From Chiloscyllium plagiosum (taxonomy: Eukaryota): a stretch of 64,000 nucleotides of DNA. Location of the stretch: assembly GCF_004010195.1 (NCBI RefSeq), contig NC_057719.1:17980476-18044475 (forward strand). The letters are read 5' to 3'. The translations under genes were made by a program, and so were the position numbers. The notes beneath the pieces were generated by a model. It saw nothing but the letters and a program-made list of their open reading frames with translations. It made no database searches and had not been told where the DNA came from. This document shows positions 1 to 11,360 of this stretch, piece by piece (within the stretch, counting starts at the first letter, position 1; each line of letters opens with the position of its first letter).

Positions 1-437
1 CTGAAAGACTGGAGTGACTGGGCTTGTATACCCTTGAGTTTAGAAGACTGTGAGGGGATCTGATTGAGACATATAAGATTATTAAAGGATTGGACAGTCT
101 GGAGGCAGGAAACATGTTTCCGCTGATGGGTGAGTGTCGAACCAGAGGACACAGCTTAAAAAGACCATTTAGGACAGAGATGAGGAGAAACGTTTTCACT
201 CAGAGAGTGGTGGCTGTGTGGAATGCTCTGCCCCAGAGGGCAGTGGAGGCCCAGTCTCTGGATTCAATTAAGAAAGAGTTGGATAGAGCTCTCAAGGATT
301 GTGGAATCAAGAGTTATGGAGATAAGGCAGGAACAGGATACTGATTAAGGATGATCAGCCATGATCATATTGAATGGTGGTGCAGGCTCGAAGGGCAGAA
401 TGGCCTACTCCTGCATCTATTGTCTATTGTCTATTGT
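1..437 (+). mobile_element. CR1 LINE 3' end (ORF2 C-terminus + 3'UTR)
   Basis: ORF 90-344 reads RTRGHSL..FRTEMRRNVFTQRVVAVWNALP, a typical CR1 ORF2 C-terminus; 3'UTR ends in a (CTATTGT)3 tail at ~417-437. Confidence 0.9.
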
Positions 438-1755
438 TTACAAGTTACCATTTATGGCATCATCTTTGGTACAAATGTACTTAGGTACAGATTCTTAAAT
501 ATACATTCTTAAGGAAGAAAAAGAATTAGAAAAATAAAGAAATAAGAAGTCCAGCATTATAAATCATAGGATTAAATTAGAATAATAAAGAAATAAAAAT
601 TCAGAATAACAGTGCTTCCAACCCAGTCCATTATGATACTTCACATCTAATCCATTCCAGGCTTTGACTCCAGATCCTGCCAGGCTTCGCTTCAAGGCTC
701 TTGAGGCCAGGAGACTATTGTGGAATCATCTTGAGGCTGGAAGTCCACGCTGAGGCTCAGTTGGGCTGAACAATCATAACGCTGTGCTGTTGAAAGCTAC
801 CACTCCAGGCAGCTGAGACACTGTCACACTGTGCCGAGACATAACCACATTGGGCTAAGTGACCACCACACTGGGCTGAGAGATCACCACACCGGGCCAG
901 GAGACTACCACACTGGGCTGGGTGACCGCTACACTGGGCCAAGAGACTACCATGCTGAGCCGAGAGACAGCAACACCGGGCCAGGAGCCTACCATGCTGA
1001 GCCGAGAGACAGCCACACTGGGCCAGAGGACTATCATGCTGGGCTGAGAGACAGCAACACCAGGTTAGGAGACCACCACGCTGAGCCAAGAGACAGCCAC
1101 ACTGAGCCAGGAGACTACCACACTGAACTGAGAGACAGCCCACCGGGCCAGGAGACTACCATGCTGGGCAGAGAGACAGCCACACCGGCCCAGGAGACCA
1201 CGACGCTGGGCTGAGAAACTGCTAAACCCGGCAAGGAGACCACCATGCTGCGCCTAGAGATAGCCACACTGCACTGGGAAACCACCATACTGGGCTGAGA
1301 GACAGCCAAACTGGATGTGGAGACCACCATGCTCAACCGAGAGACAGCCACACTGTGCCAGGAGACTACTATGCTGGGCCAAGAGACAACCACACCAGAC
1401 CAGGAAACTACTATGCTGGGCTGAGAGATAGCCACACTGCACGGGGAAAACCACCATACTGGGCTGAGAGACAGCCACACCGGACGTGGAGACAGCCCCA
1501 CTGGGCCTGGAGACCATCATGCTGGGCCGAGAGACAGCCACACTGCGCTAGGAGACCACCACGCTGGGCTGAGGTACAGCCACTGCAAGCTGAGAGCTTG
1601 CGACACACGGTCTGCGCTGAGGCCAAGTTTTCAGGACAACAGCAAGAAGAAAGAAGGCAAAAAAAGCACGCAAAAAAAGTGGAAATAAAAGTAAAGAAAC
1701 AGACAGCACAGACGAGCTCTGGCTGATGAGACCTACTCTGCTGTTATCTTGGATC
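438..1755 (-). mobile_element. Non-autonomous composite retroelement with central VNTR (same family as 23166-23931)
   Basis: Minus-strand start GATCCAAGATAACAGCAGAGTA matches GATACAAGATGGCAGCAGAGTA at 23166; the AT-rich 3' part (438-635 rc) aligns by eye with 23695-23887; 3' tail lost at the CR1 junction. Confidence 0.75.
807..1590. repeat. GC-rich minisatellite, 21-bp units in a 42-bp higher-order dimer (GAGACAGCCACACTGGGCCAG / GAGACTACCATGCTGGGCTGA)
   Basis: Directly visible tandem units; repetitive ORFs in several frames reflect the 21/42-bp period. Confidence 0.95.
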
Positions 1756-1974
1756 TGAGGAGTCAGGTGGGGGAGAAATTTATAAAGTGTAAAATTAATG
1801 CAAAAGAGTTGAATGGCAATTTTGGAAAGGTAAACACAACGGATGAAGAAGGCTCATCAAGTTTAATGGTAACAGTTCATCAGGTCAAAGCAAGTAAAAC
1901 TTGTTGAACATTAAAATTAAAGACTTGCAAGCACCAAATATTTGTAACAAGATGGTAAAATTAGTGGATCAACA

Positions 1975-2096
1975 TTCCTTCATTGTTGCTGGGTCAAAAT
2001 CCTGAACTTGCTCCCCAAACAGCCCTTTGGGTGTACCTGCCAACTCTGGATTACAATGATTCAAAAGGCAACTCACAGCTTCTCATCCCGTGAACA
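1975..2096 (+). mobile_element. 3' fragment of the CR1/L2-group LINE (family of 17590-19055)
   Basis: TTCCTTCATTGTTGCTGGGTCAAAATCCTG matches 18920-18950 and 16030-16060. Confidence 0.7.
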
Positions 2097-2117
2097 CATA
2101 TATCTTTAAAATATAGA

Positions 2118-2300
2118 AGGAAATTGTTGGAGAAACCCAGCAGGTCTGGCAGCATCTGTAGAGAGAAAACAGAGTTAGTGTTTCAAGTCCAGTTATCCTT
2201 CTTCAAAACTGATAGCATAGAGGTAAAAGTGGTGATGACGGGAGTGAAATGGTTAGGAGTGAGCAGGTAGGTGAATATGGAGCCCAGAGAGAGAAAGAAA
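2118..2300 (-). mobile_element. PLE terminal repeat with decayed hammerhead
   Basis: rc AGTT-TTGAAGA-AGGATAACTGGACTT-GAAAC-ACT-AACT followed by CAGATGCTGCCAGACCTGCTG. Confidence 0.7.
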
Positions 2301-2329
2301 GAGAGAGAGCAAGCAAAGGCTCATCTCAT

Positions 2330-4190
2330 ACAGGGATCTCCCCCCAATTACCTCTGAGCTCAAAGACCCCCATGCAGCCCGCTTCTATCTTCTTCCCAAA
2401 ATTCACAAACAGGATACCTGGGCAGATCCATTGTTTCTGTCTGGTCCTGCACCACAGAACTCATCTCTTTCTACCTTGACTTGATTTTTTCCTCCCTTGT
2501 TGAGAGTGTGTTGCTGGAAAAGTGCAGCAGGTCAGGCAGCATCTGAGGAGCCAAAGTCCTTCATCAGGAAGGGGTCCGGACCAAAACGTCGATTTTCCTG
2601 TTCCTCAGATGCTACCTGACCTGCTGTGCTTTTCCAGCATCGCACTCTCAACTCGGATTTCCAGAATCTGCAGACCTCACTGTCTTCTTTTTCCTCCCTT
2701 GTCCAGTCCCTTCCCATGTATCGCTGCGATTTCTAAATTTCCAGTTTGCGGGCACCAACCACCTTGTCTTCACCATGGACTACCCTTGATTATCAATAAA
2801 TTAATAGAAGTTGCCATCAGCGGTATGATCAAGCAACACTTGCTTACCAATAATCTCCTCCCTGACACTCAGTCTGGGTTCCACCAGAACTACTCAGCTC
2901 CAGACCTCATTATGGCCTTGATTCAAACACAGATTTCCCTTTACACGTCTATTTCCCAATCAGGAAGCTCTCAGGGCTCTCTGCTTCTTCCTGGCAAGAA
3001 GGTCTGAACTATCCCCATCCATCACTACTCTCTTCTGTCTGGCTGAGCTCATCCTCACTTTGAACAACTTCTCTTTTAATTCTTCTCAATTTCTTCAGAT
3101 GAAAGGTGTGGTTATGGGTACCCTCATGGGCTCTAGTTATGCCTGTCTCTTTGTGGGGTGCGTGGAACATTCCTTTTTCCAGTCCCCATCTGGCCCTCAC
3201 CCACAACTCTTTCTCTGGTAAATTGATGACATCATCAATGTTGCTTCCCTCTGTCATCCAGAATTGGGAAAACACAACAATTTCACTTCCAATTTCCATT
3301 CTGCCCTCACCGTCACCTGGTTCATCTTCGACTCCTCCTTTCCCTTTGTTGACATCTCTGTTTCTATTTAATGGGATAGGCTGGCCACCAATACCCACTG
3401 CAAATCCACCGACTCCCACAGATATCTGGACTACACATCCTCACAGCCTGCTTCCTGTAAACACTCTAGTCAGTTTGCTCTGTTTCTCCATCTCTATTGT
3501 TCTGGTGATGCCATCTTCCTTAGAGGAGCCTCGGAAATGTCCACCTTTTTCTTCAATCACCAATTCCTCAGCATGGTGGTTGACAGGGCCCTTAGCCAAT
3601 CCAGCCCACGTCCCACATTTTGGCCCTCAACCCCTTCTCTTCCCTCCCACAACAGCAATAGGGATGCCTGGTCCTCACTTACCACCCGACTACTATCTGC
3701 ATCTCCAGCAAGACGCCACAAGAAACATATTCCCCTCCCTTTCCTTGTCCACATTTTGCAGGGACCATTTTCTCTGGGACATCCCGGTTCACTCTTCCGA
3801 CAGTCCCAATATGTCCCCATACTCCCCACTTCATCTTGCCATGCAATTGCAGAACATGTGACAACAGCACCTTCATTTCCAATCCATTTTCACATACCTG
3901 TTCCCATTGTTTGCTTTTCTTCCTCCATGGCGTACTGTCATCCAACCCTTTACCAATCTGTCACTCTGTCTCTCTGGGCTCCATCTCCACTTAACCATTT
4001 AATCCACCCCCCCAACACCACTACACAGTCTTCATCAAATATATGATCTTTCCTGGTTTTCAAACCATCAGTTCTGAAGAAAGATCTCTGGACTCTGTTT
4101 CCTCACCACAGATGTTGCTAGACTCATTGAGTTTCTCCAGCAATTTCTGTTCATGTTTCAAATATTCAGCATTCACAGTTCTTTGCTTCT
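2330..4190 (+). mobile_element. Decayed Penelope-like element (RT fragments + 3' terminal repeat)
   Basis: Fragments translate like ARFYLLPKIHK..PGRSIVS, LILTLNNFSFNS.QFLQMKGVVMGT.MGSSYACLF, homologous to 20500-21370; ends in AGTTCTGAAGA..CAGATGTTGCTAGAC repeat at 4069-4190; interrupted by a LINE piece at ~2785-2930. Confidence 0.85.
2501..2687. mobile_element. PLE-derived fold-back insertion with 15-bp TSD
   Basis: Inverted arms 2501-2550 / 2600-2650; TTTTTCCTCCCTTGT duplicated at 2486-2500 and 2688-2702. Confidence 0.9.
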
Positions 4191-4389
4191 TTTCAATATT
4201 ATCAGATTTTTCTCCTTCCTGTCCAGCTTGAAATAACTTGTAAATTTAGAATAGGTGACACTGGTATGGTAATGTAGATTTATTCGTTCTCCTGAGGACA
4301 TTAGCTCTAGTCATTTCTGCAGGGCTTCTCCTGGTCATCTGTGAATTTGGCAGGAGGCCTTTAACCTAGGGAACAGGTGTAGATCTCAT

Positions 4390-4635
4390 ACCAAGGTTAC
4401 AATGGGTTTCAGAGGAACTGTCATAAAGACATGGTTGAGAGTCCTACATAAGCAAGGAGAGTAGGTTTCCCTTCCTTCAAGGACATTATTCAACCATTTA
4501 GGTTTGTACAATAATCCAATCACTTTCTTGGTTATTATCCTATGCATATGTATAGATGGAAGGCAATCAATTTCTCAGTCTGAGTGGTGAAAATTGAGAA
4601 CCTCAGGGTTGCTAGCCTGTGACGTAACCACTAGA
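4390..4635 (-). mobile_element. Old tRNA-SINE remnant (family of 10417-10900)
   Basis: TTTCCCTTCCTTCAAGGACATTA..AACCA..GGTTT..ACAATAATC resembles 8388-8445. Confidence 0.5.
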
Positions 4636-4949
4636 GTCTTGACAACACGCTTTATTGGTTATTATTACCTGCTGAACTTCAAAGCACTCTGAAACTGACT
4701 AAATAATAAAGCCACCGTGACAGCACAGTGCGTTATAAATAGATTTTAAACAGATTTGTCCAATTCAGGTCGACTTAAAGAACCAAACCTGCCTCATCTG
4801 AGAAGTGACGGACAAGGTTTCTTTTTTGAAAACTGCTGCAATATGCCACACAAAACTAAGGCACTCACATTTTGCAGTGTGTGGACCTGAATATTGACAA
4901 TAGTTTTATTGCTCTTTCACAACAGGCCAATGCTTATGTCCCCTGGGAA

Positions 4950-7900
4950 CAAGGGAAGCAAGGGAAAGCCATTTTGGTGCCTTGAGCCTGCTCCACCACT
5001 CCAATAAAGTAATCTCTAACCTCTAGCCATTTTCTCACCTTTGGCCCTTAATTCCCATTTAGCTCAAAAGCTTATCTATCTCAGTCTTGAATGTGCTCAA
5101 AGATAAAGAATCCCTCACAGTAGGATGTTTGAAAGATGCACAATCTCTATAAGTGAAAAAAATTCATTCTCATCTCAGTCTCAAATAAAAGACCTTTTAT
5201 CCTAAGGTTATATCCCCTCAACATTTTATATATTTCAATGAGATCTCCTTTCATTCTTCTAAACTCCAGCAAGTTTAGACCTATTTCACTCATGACCTCA
5301 TCCAAGGATCTCATTCCTGGAACAAGCTGAGTGGAGCTGTGTGTCATCTGCCAGGTTATTAAATACATCCTTGGACAAGGACAGTAAAATTATACACCGA
5401 AGTAATCTCACCAAAAGCTCTATTCAACCATAACAAGGATTCTTTATTTTTCTATTCCAATGCACTTAAAATAAAGGCCAACATGTCATTTGTCTCTTAA
5501 GGTGTTGCTGCACCTACAAGCGATACCCAAAGCCTCCTGAACATCAGCAGTCAAAAGGCCGTTTGATGTTTAACTAAAATTCTGATTTTCCATTCATCTT
5601 ACCTTGTGTGTTCCCATTTACTACCCCATCTGTTGCCTTTATCACCAACTCACTTAGCATATCCATTCCCCTTTGCAAAACCTTCACAGCTTGCATTCCT
5701 ACCTGGCTTTGTATCTTCAGACACCTTGGATACATTCCTTTTAGTTCTTTTATCTATGTCAGGGTAAGTAGATGAGGCTGCAAGAAATATTGTTGTAGCA
5801 CCTCACTAGGTATAACCTGCAGACAACCTTCTATCCCGACTCATTTCTGTCCATTAAACTATTCTCTGTTGATGGTAATATTTTGCTGCAAAATATAGGA
5901 ATCCTACCTTTTATATGGCACCTTGTTGAATGCCTTCTTGAAATCCAAATCCATTCTTTGTTCTTGTTTCATACATCCTTAAAAATCATTAATAAATTTG
6001 TCAGTCATTATTTTGCTTTGATAACTATATGATGCCTCTGTCTAATTGTAGTATGATTTTCTAATTCCTCGTTAATGGCTACTTAACGTCAGATTCTAGC
6101 ATTTTCCTGATGGATGATGTCAAGATTGAGGGCATGTAGTTTCCAGTTTCCTGTCTCCCTTCTTTCTTGAGTAATGATGTTACATTTGATACCTTTCAAT
6201 TCCCTGGAATCTAGGGAATTTTGGAAGATTACAGTGAATGACTCCCATTGTCCGTACAGCTCTCCATTTTAGAACTCTAGACTGTAGGCAATTAAGTCTA
6301 GGGGATTTGTCAGCTTTTATCTCAAATGATTCTCGAGCACTTTTTCTCTGATCTTAATCATTTTTAAGTTTTTCACTGTGATTAGATTCTTATTTCCCCA
6401 TTGTTTCTGGTATGTGAAAGGCCTTCGATGTGAATGGAGATACAAACTATTTGATTAATGTCTATGCCTTTTCCACATTTCCAATTATAATTCCTTCTAT
6501 CAGCCACGAAGGGAGCGCCATTTATTTTTGTTAATCTCTTCCTTTTTAGATAACTATAGAAGCGTACCCATCTGGTTTTATATTTCTTGGTAGTTTACCC
6601 TTGTGTTGTAATTCTTCCTTTCTATCTATCAATCAATCCTTCTGGTCAACCTTTAGTGGCTTCCAACATGCTCCCAATTCCCAGCCTTATTATATGTGCA
6701 AATTTATAAGCTCATCTTTTAACCTAATAACATTAAAATCTTTATTCAGTCATAAATGGATATCTTTACACATGTGACTTTTTGTTTCTGAATGGTACAT
6801 ATGTTTGTTGAGAATTTTGAATCCTTTTCTTAAATATTTGCCACTACTTAACTAACTCCACATCTTCAAAAAGACATTCCATTGTACTTTATACTTGCTC
6901 TCCATGTGGTCTCCTTGACACTGGGGAGACAGGACACTAACTCACAGAATGTTTCAGGGAACATCTCTTGGACGCACGCACCAAACAACCCCACCACCCC
7001 ACGGTCAATCATTTCAACTCCCTGTCGCACTCTGCCAAGGGCATGCAGGTACTGGGCCTCCTCCACCGCCAAATCCAAACCGTCTGAAACCTGGAGGAAA
7101 AACACCTGATCTTCCACCTTAGGACCTTCCAACCACATGGAATCAATGTGGATTTCACCAGTTTCTGCATCTCCCCTTCCCCCACCTCATCCCAGATCCA
7201 ACCCTCCAACTCAGCATCGCATTATTGCACTGTCCTACCTGTCAATCTCCCTTCCCACCTATCCGCTCCACTCTTCATTCCCTCCTATTATCATCACCCC
7301 CCCACCTCCATCTACCTATCACCTTCCTAGCTAGCTCACCCTCACCCCACCTTCCTATTTATCTGCCAGCCCCCTTCTACCCCCAACCCAATCCCCCACA
7401 TTCCCCATGAAGGACTTATGCCCGAAATGTCGATTCTCCTGCTCCTCAGATGCTGGCTAACCTGTTGTGCTTTTCCAGTGCCACAATTTTTGACCCTTAT
7501 ACTTGACACCCTTTAAGATTAAGACTTTCATTCCACTTAGGTAGATATTTCACTTTCAAAGTTAATGCAAAATTTCAAAGTATGATGAACATTTTGTCCC
7601 TATGAAATTACTAATGAACCTTAGCTTACTATCCAATCCAAGGTCTTAATAGGCTGGTCCCTCATTGGTTCCACAACATTTTGTGGAAAATCCATTGAAT
7701 ACATTTTATAAAAGTATTCGTCAGACTACCTCTGCCAATCTGATTTCTCCAATCTGTAGTAAAAGTGAAGAAGACGTCCACAGCAGTTGCGTTACCTTTG
7801 TTACAAAGCCTCTTTGTTTCTTGATTAAGAAACTCCATAGCTTCTAACAAAGTGTCTGTAATCTGCTCCCAGTTGTGTTTTCTCCTTCTTGTTCTTCCTT

Positions 7901-8070
7901 ATCAGGTGTTATTGTGTGTGATCAAAGCCAAGATCCTTTCTCATTCCTCTGTTTTATGTCATCCAATATAATCTGAGATAATCCACTTCCTTTTACATTC
8001 TTCCTATTTTTTTCAAAATATCAAATATCCTGGAATCTTTAGTTTCCAAACATGGTCACTTTGCAACTAA
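4950..8070 (-). mobile_element. Long decayed CR1 LINE, interrupted by a PLE at ~6870-7495
   Basis: rc ORF fragments LEFRRMKGDLIEIYKML..LRIKGLLFETEMRMNFF; GGATTTCAAGAAGGCATTCAACAAGGTGCCA (DFKKAFNKVP) rc at ~5917-5948; CR1-like upstream remnants to ~8070. Confidence 0.8.
6870..7495 (+). mobile_element. PLE 3' fragment: GIY-YIG endonuclease remnant, pyrimidine-rich UTR, terminal repeat
   Basis: Translates like CSPCGLL.TGETG..L.E.FREHL..HFNS..H..GMQVLGL..LEEKHLIFHLRTFQPHGINVDF; ends with ATGAAGGACTTATGCCCGAAATGTCGATTC (decayed hammerhead). Confidence 0.85.
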
Positions 8071-8105
8071 AACTCTCTGGCAATTAGGTCGAACACATTT
8101 TAATA

Positions 8106-8229
8106 TAAAACAAAGAACTGAAGATGCTGAAAATCTGAAACAAAAACAGAGATTACTAGACATACTGAGCAGGTCTGTAGAAAGCGGAACAGGGTTAATG
8201 TTTCGAGTCCTGTAACTCTTCTTCAGAAT
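8106..8229 (-). mobile_element. PLE terminal repeat starting at the hammerhead core
   Basis: rc TTCTGAAGA-A-GAGT TACAGG ACTC-GAAACATT-AAC. Confidence 0.8.
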
Positions 8230-8239
8230 ACATAACATC

Positions 8240-8590
8240 TTTTTTTCTTCATTTATTCAGTAGATGAGGTCATCGCTGATGAGGCTAGCATTTATTGCCC
8301 CTCCAAAATTGCCCAGAGGGCAGTTTAAAGTCAATTACATTACTGTGGGTCTGGAGTCACATGTAGGCCAGACCAGGAAAGGATGAGAGATTTCCTTCCC
8401 TAAAAGGCATTAGTGAGCCAAATGGGTTTTACCTGACAATCGACAGTGGACTCGTAGGCATCATTAAACTCTTAGTTCTAGGTTTTTATTGAATTCAAGT
8501 TCCACCATCTGCCATATCAAGATTTGAACCTTAATTGCCAGAAATTAGGTTAGCTTCTGGATGAGCAGTCCTGCAATAATACCACTCATC
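8240..8590 (-). mobile_element. tRNA-derived SINE (second family, LINE-shared tail)
   Basis: Core GGTCTGGAGTCACATGTAGGCCAGACC..TTTCCTTCCCTAAAAGGCATTAGTGA; tail GCATTTATTGCCC; homologous to 10417, 27999, 47264. Confidence 0.9.
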
Positions 8591-9489
8591 CCTCATATCC
8601 CCCTGGAAAATGTGGCATTTATGTTGAAGCCAGGGGAAAGGCGTGAGTGATCAGGTGGAAATGGATCCCAAAGAAAGAGCGAAATGTTGGCAGACAAAAC
8701 AATGCTTGGTAGTAAGCTTGAGATCAAGTAAAGCGAGAAAGGTGAAAACGGGGACAATGAGTGAGTGAAAATGGGTTGGCTGTGCTGAAAGCAGCCCATA
8801 TCATGGAAGGGCTTGGATGTGGGGGTGGGCATTAACTTAATGTAAAAGTACAAGTTTTAAAACAGCAGTTTATAAACAGCAATGGGGTGATCCTTTTCAG
8901 AACAACCTATTTTGTATCATTATTATAAAGTTATCCTGTTAGCCTTTGGTATCTCTAACATTATTCCCGGAGTTGCCAACTGCTTCCTCAGTTCTCGAAG
9001 AACTGTGTCTCTTTCCATTGTGGTTAGATTTTCCTTTCTTTCTAGTCAGCACTGTTGACCCTGTGATTCTTACCTGGTGAGGTGAATGTTTTCTTCTGGA
9101 GTGCTGCTTTCTCCTGTTGCTCTTGCCACCAGAATTGCTGACTGCTTGTCAGTTCACACATTTCAGCTGCTGATAAACTGTGTCCTCTTAAAGTGGCAAT
9201 TTCTCAAACATGTAAACTTGGCTTTCCTCTGAAAATATTTTCTCCTGGCTGGAATGGGTTCTCCGTACCATTGTTGCCATGTTGTGTTAACTCTGTGCAC
9301 AGTTCAGTCAGCCTATTTCCAGGTCAGGGTTTTTGAAGCAGAGTTTGTGAAGCTGATTTGTAATCAACAGATAATAGATGGAAAATAAGAGCTTTACAAC
9401 ATCATATGAGTAAAACTCAAACAATAGTAACAAGGATAAAGGTTTCATGGACCTGTGCTTTATGATAAATGACTTTCTGAATCTAATGG

Positions 9490-9705
9490 AGAAAGTGAGG
9501 GCTGCAGATGCTGGAGATCAGAGCTGAAAATGTGTTGCTGGAAAAGTGACTGAGTCAAGGTGGGGGGAGGGGAAATGAGGAAACTGGAGAAATCTGAGTT
9601 CATCCCTTGTGGTTGGAGGGTTCCCAGGCAGAAGATGAGGCACTCTTCCTCCAACTGTCGTGTTGCCATGGACTGGCGATGGAGGAGTCCAAAGACCTGC
9701 ATGTC
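9490..9705 (-). mobile_element. PLE fragment (GIY-YIG C-terminus joined to terminal repeat end), 7-bp TSD
   Basis: ORF MQVFGLLHRQS.ATRQLEEECLIFCLGTLQPQGMNSDF; CTAATGG at 9483-9489 and 9706-9712. Confidence 0.85.
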
Positions 9706-9994
9706 CTAATGGCTTGAAACTATTATTTTTCATTATGGTTATATAAGAGTTAATGTTGAAGTTGCAATAAGCTCCTCCTAATCTGATGATACCATGCAGT
9801 CTTTGAATGGATCATCAGGCAACCTGGCACAAGGTCCTGATGAAGACAGATGTATCATATCTGGTATTAAGCAAAATGCCAAATGCAGCAATGTAACTTG
9901 TATCTATTTCTGTCGTGCAATAAACTTTATCTTGTTATGTAAGACTTTTCTCATTCAGACTCAGCAATGCTCTCTCCCCTACCATTAGATAATT

Positions 9995-10088
9995 CCTGAT
10001 GATGAAGGGCTTTTGCCTGAAATGTCGATTTTACTGCTCCTCGGATTCTGCCTGAACTGCTGTGCTTTTCCAGCACCTCTAGTCCAGA
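9995..10088 (+). mobile_element. 94-bp PLE terminal-repeat insertion beginning at hammerhead core, 14-bp TSD
   Basis: ACCATTAGATAATT at 9981-9994 and 10089-10102; insert starts CCTGATGATGAAGGGCTTTTGCCTGAAATGTCGA. Confidence 0.9.
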
Positions 10089-10732
10089 ACCATTAGATAA
10101 TTAGTCAGGCCCTTAATGCTAAAGGTGGCAGCAAACTATCCCAACCACAAGCTGCTAAAGAGTGGGATCCAGAATCCAATATGACATGGTTACAAAGGTA
10201 GAGAGAATCCATTCAATCCAGAATAATAAATATCACAACCTAAAGAAAAGTGAGTTTACCACTGTATGAACATTACCACTTTAAGAAGTCACAATCAGTC
10301 AGCACTAAAGAGCACATAAACTGACAAGCAGTCAGCTGTGGGGCACGAAGAATCAACTTGAGGGACTCTGCCTTCATCAGTACAGTAGGCAATGCATGTC
10401 CAGCAAGAAATGTAATGGGAGGGCAATGGCCTAGGGTTATTATCGCTGGGCTGTTAATTCAGAGACCTAGATAATGTTCTGGTGACCTGGGTTCAAATCT
10501 TGCCACAACAGATGGCGGAATTTGAATTCAATAAATGTCTGAAATTAAGAATCTAATAATGACCACAAATCGATTGTCAGTAAAAAACCCATGTGGTTCA
10601 CCAATGTCCTTCAGGGAAGAAAAGTACCATCCCTACCTAGTCTGGCCTACATGTGACTCCAGATCCACAGCAATTTGGTTGACTCTTAATTGCCCTCTGA
10701 GTAATTAGGGATGGGCAATAAATGCTGCCAAT

Positions 10733-10858
10733 GTGAACGTGAAGATTGCAGATGCTGGAGATTAGTCAAGAGTGTGGTGCTGGAAAAGCACAACAGGTCA
10801 GGCAGCATCCGAGGAGCAGGAGAATCAACGTTTCGGGCAAAAGCCTTTCATCAGGAAT
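10733..10858 (-). mobile_element. PLE terminal repeat inserted in the SINE tail
   Basis: GCAGATGCTGGAGA..GCTGGAAAAGCAC..GGCAGCATCCGAGGAGCAGGAGAATCAACGTTTCGGGC. Confidence 0.9.
10823..10858 (-). ncRNA. Minimal type-I hammerhead ribozyme motif (copy 1 of tandem pair)
   Basis: rc AUUC-CUGAUGA-A-AGGC UUUU GCCC-GAAAC-GUU-GAUU; core intact, helix II closing pair is an A-C mismatch. Confidence 0.7.
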
Positions 10859-10997
10859 ACTGTCTAGCCAACATGCCCCATTCAATGAATTTTTAAAAAA
10901 AATCATGCTCATGTTGTGATGAATGTTCACTATATATCACTATACTTTGTTTCGAAAATTAGGATCGAAAGTGAACAGAACTACCGAGGAACAGGAG

Positions 10998-11033
10998 AAT
11001 CAACGTTTCGGGCAAAAGCCTTTCATCAGGAAT
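10998..11033 (-). ncRNA. Minimal type-I hammerhead ribozyme motif (copy 2 of tandem pair)
   Basis: Identical to 10823-10858. Confidence 0.7.
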
Positions 11034-11170
11034 ACTGTCAAGCCAACATGCCCCATTCAATGAACTTTTTAAAAAATCATGCTCATGTTGTGATGAATGT
11101 TCACTATATATCACTATACTTTGTTTCGAAAATTAGGATCGAAAGTGAACAGAACTACATGTACCTCTAT

Positions 11171-11360
11171 AAAAACCGAATGACCCGTGGATGCTGTAAA
11201 TCAGAAACCAAAACAAAAAAGTCTGCAAAAGCTCAGCAGGTCTGGCAGCATCTGTGGAGAGGAATCAGAGTCAAGTGACCCTTTCTGCAATGTTGGCTCT
11301 GATTTCTCTCCAAAGATGCAGCCAGAACTGTTGAGCTTTTCCAGCAATTTCTGTTCTTGT
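11171..11360. mobile_element. PLE-derived fold-back insertion, hammerhead centre largely deleted
   Basis: Arms AAAAGCTCAGCAGGTCTGGCAGCATCTGTGGAGAG / CTCTCCAAAGATGCAGCCAGAACTGTTGAGCTTTT. Confidence 0.8.

Larger units (their letters stand above)
10417..10900 (+). mobile_element. tRNA-derived SINE, tail interrupted by a PLE repeat at 10733-10858
   Basis: A-box-like TGGCCTAGGG, B-box GGTTCAAATC (~10490), body CCTACATGTGACTCCAGA, tail GGGATGGGCAATAAATGCTG. Confidence 0.9.
10809..11157. repeat. Tandem duplication, ~175-bp unit x2 (10809-10983, 10984-11157)
   Basis: Near-identical copies with a few substitutions and one indel in the T/A run. Confidence 0.95.

Noticed and set aside
807..1590. CRISPR-like array
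   Set aside because: No unique spacers, no cas genes, vertebrate context; a simple VNTR
757..1726. Multiple overlapping 60-128 aa ORFs with repetitive Cys/His-rich peptides
   Set aside because: By-products of the 21/42-bp minisatellite; open in many frames on both strands
2501..2687. DNA-transposon MITE interpretation of the hairpins
   Set aside because: Asymmetric arms, variable 7-16 bp TSDs, and sequence shared with the 3' repeat of the PLE RT element
3106..4046. 251-aa and 169-aa ORFs as host genes
   Set aside because: Alternative frames of a decayed, C/T-rich PLE
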